This document shows positions 62,644-64,000 of a stretch of DNA of 64,000 nt, piece by piece. How positions within the stretch are numbered: position 1 is the first letter of the stretch; every line of letters begins with the position of its first letter. Where the stretch lies: NCBI RefSeq assembly GCF_006345805.1, contig NC_043022.1, positions 18,910,001 through 18,974,000 on the forward strand. The letters are read 5' to 3'. Position numbers and translations under genes: made by a program. Below the pieces are notes generated by a model. That model was not told the DNA's origin. It ran no database searches and saw only the letters and a program-made list of their open reading frames with translations. This DNA is from Octopus sinensis (taxonomy: Eukaryota).

Positions 62644-64000
62644 CTGAAAAAAAAAGGGCCGAAAAGATTAAAAAAAAGTATGAATTTATATGTTGTTGAC
62701 ATCAAAATTCTTAATATTTGTCTTAATACTGGAGTTAAAAACTGCTAAAAATGTATGCGAAAATGTATATATATTAGCGGTTCGGCAAATGAGACTGATA
62801 GAATAAGTACTGGGCTTACAAAGAATAAGTCCCGGGGTCGATTTGCTCGACGAAAGGCGGTGCTCCAGCATGGCCGCAGTCAAATGACTGAAACAAGTAA
62901 GAGAGAAAAAAAGAGAGAGTATATGTATGTGTGTACATATGTGTATACTCTTTTACTTTTTTACTTGTTTCAGTCATTTGACTGTGGCCATGCTGGAGCA
63001 CACCGCCTTTAGTCAAGCAAATCGACCCCAGGACTTATTCTTTGTAAGCCTAGTATTTATTGTATCGGTATCTTTTGCTGAACCACTAAGTTACGGGGGG
63101 GGGGGCGTAAACACACCAGCATCCGATGTCAAGCGATTTTGGGGGGAGACAACCACTTCATCTGTGTGTGGACATGCAAAAATAACCCTTGGTTGGTGTC
63201 AGGGCATGCAGCAAAAACCCCCAGGAGTTACAGAACCTTAGATGTTGTCAGAGCATCCTTTTAGCCCAGAGACACCGAGGAAAAACCTGCAGTGTCAAAT
63301 GATCAATGGTTATCTCACTTCATCCTGTCATTCAGTACTAATAATGGGCACTTAAAGAAAGGTACTCATGCTGTACAAGTGTTTATCAACATAAACTAAG
63401 GACATGCAGATGTCTCTTCAGGGCGAATCGTTTGTTATTCCATCTACTGAGAGTTCTATTGCCATGGAAGAGTGGTGACAGGTGCAGACTCTGAGAAGCT
63501 GGGAGTGCTCAGTGAATTACAATTTTTGTCTGTCAGCTAGGCACCAAGCCATGCAGATCTGCAACAGGACTGAATAGTCAGCTAAGAGGTCATGGATGGA
63601 GAGTCAGGAATACCATTGACAACAAAGAATAATAACATGACCGCAATCATCAGTGAAGATGGAATAATCACCATGTATGTCTGTGAGTGCGCGTATGGGC
63701 GTATGTCTTTAGATGTACGTACGTATGTGTCTGCGTATGTATGTGTGTGCGTATGTATGTGTGTGCGCATGTATGTGTGTGCGTATGTATGTGTGTGCGT
63801 ATGTATGTGCGTGCGTATGTATGTGCGTGCATATGTATGTGTGTGCGTATGTATGTGTGTGCATATGTATGTGCGTGCGTATGTATGTGCATGCGTATGT
63901 ATGTGTGTGCATATGTATGTGTGTGCGTATGTATGTGTGTGCGTATGTATGTGTGTGCGTATGTATGTGTGTGCATATGTATGTGTGTGCGTATGTATGT

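Overview
Eukaryotic, AT-rich and saturated with microsatellites. The repeat content (tRNA-derived SINEs, R4/Dong-, CR1- and RTE-like LINE remnants, Penelope-like fragments, Tc1/mariner relics, piggyBac-like MITEs) suggests a coleoid cephalopod such as Octopus; this is an inference. One gene dominates the window: the 3' part of a giant single-pass membrane protein on the minus strand. I reconstructed 16 coding exons by hand (62643 to 12945). All introns are GT-AG, the phases close, and they give 8,980 nt, about 2,990 aa. The 5' end and any signal peptide lie beyond base 64000. Architecture, N to C: many bacterial-like FN3/Ig modules (D-x-T-P-P linkers, D-x-E-S-G-I motifs); a probable non-catalytic GH16/ConA-like jelly-roll domain; more FN3-like modules with an RKKR insert; a GPS/GAIN- or ZU5-like domain with an RSRR furin site; two cadherin-like/Big_9 domains; EGF; a TM helix; and a cytoplasmic tail with a possible alternative short form. 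The second main signal is 12 type-I hammerhead-ribozyme-like motifs from about 7 repeat families. Several are tied to Penelope-like endonuclease tails or fold-back hairpins, and they show recurrent non-canonical cores (U4C, A6U, A9C). Almost all other ORFs in the supplied track are microsatellite or repeat artefacts. No database search or folding was run; domain calls come from motif recognition.
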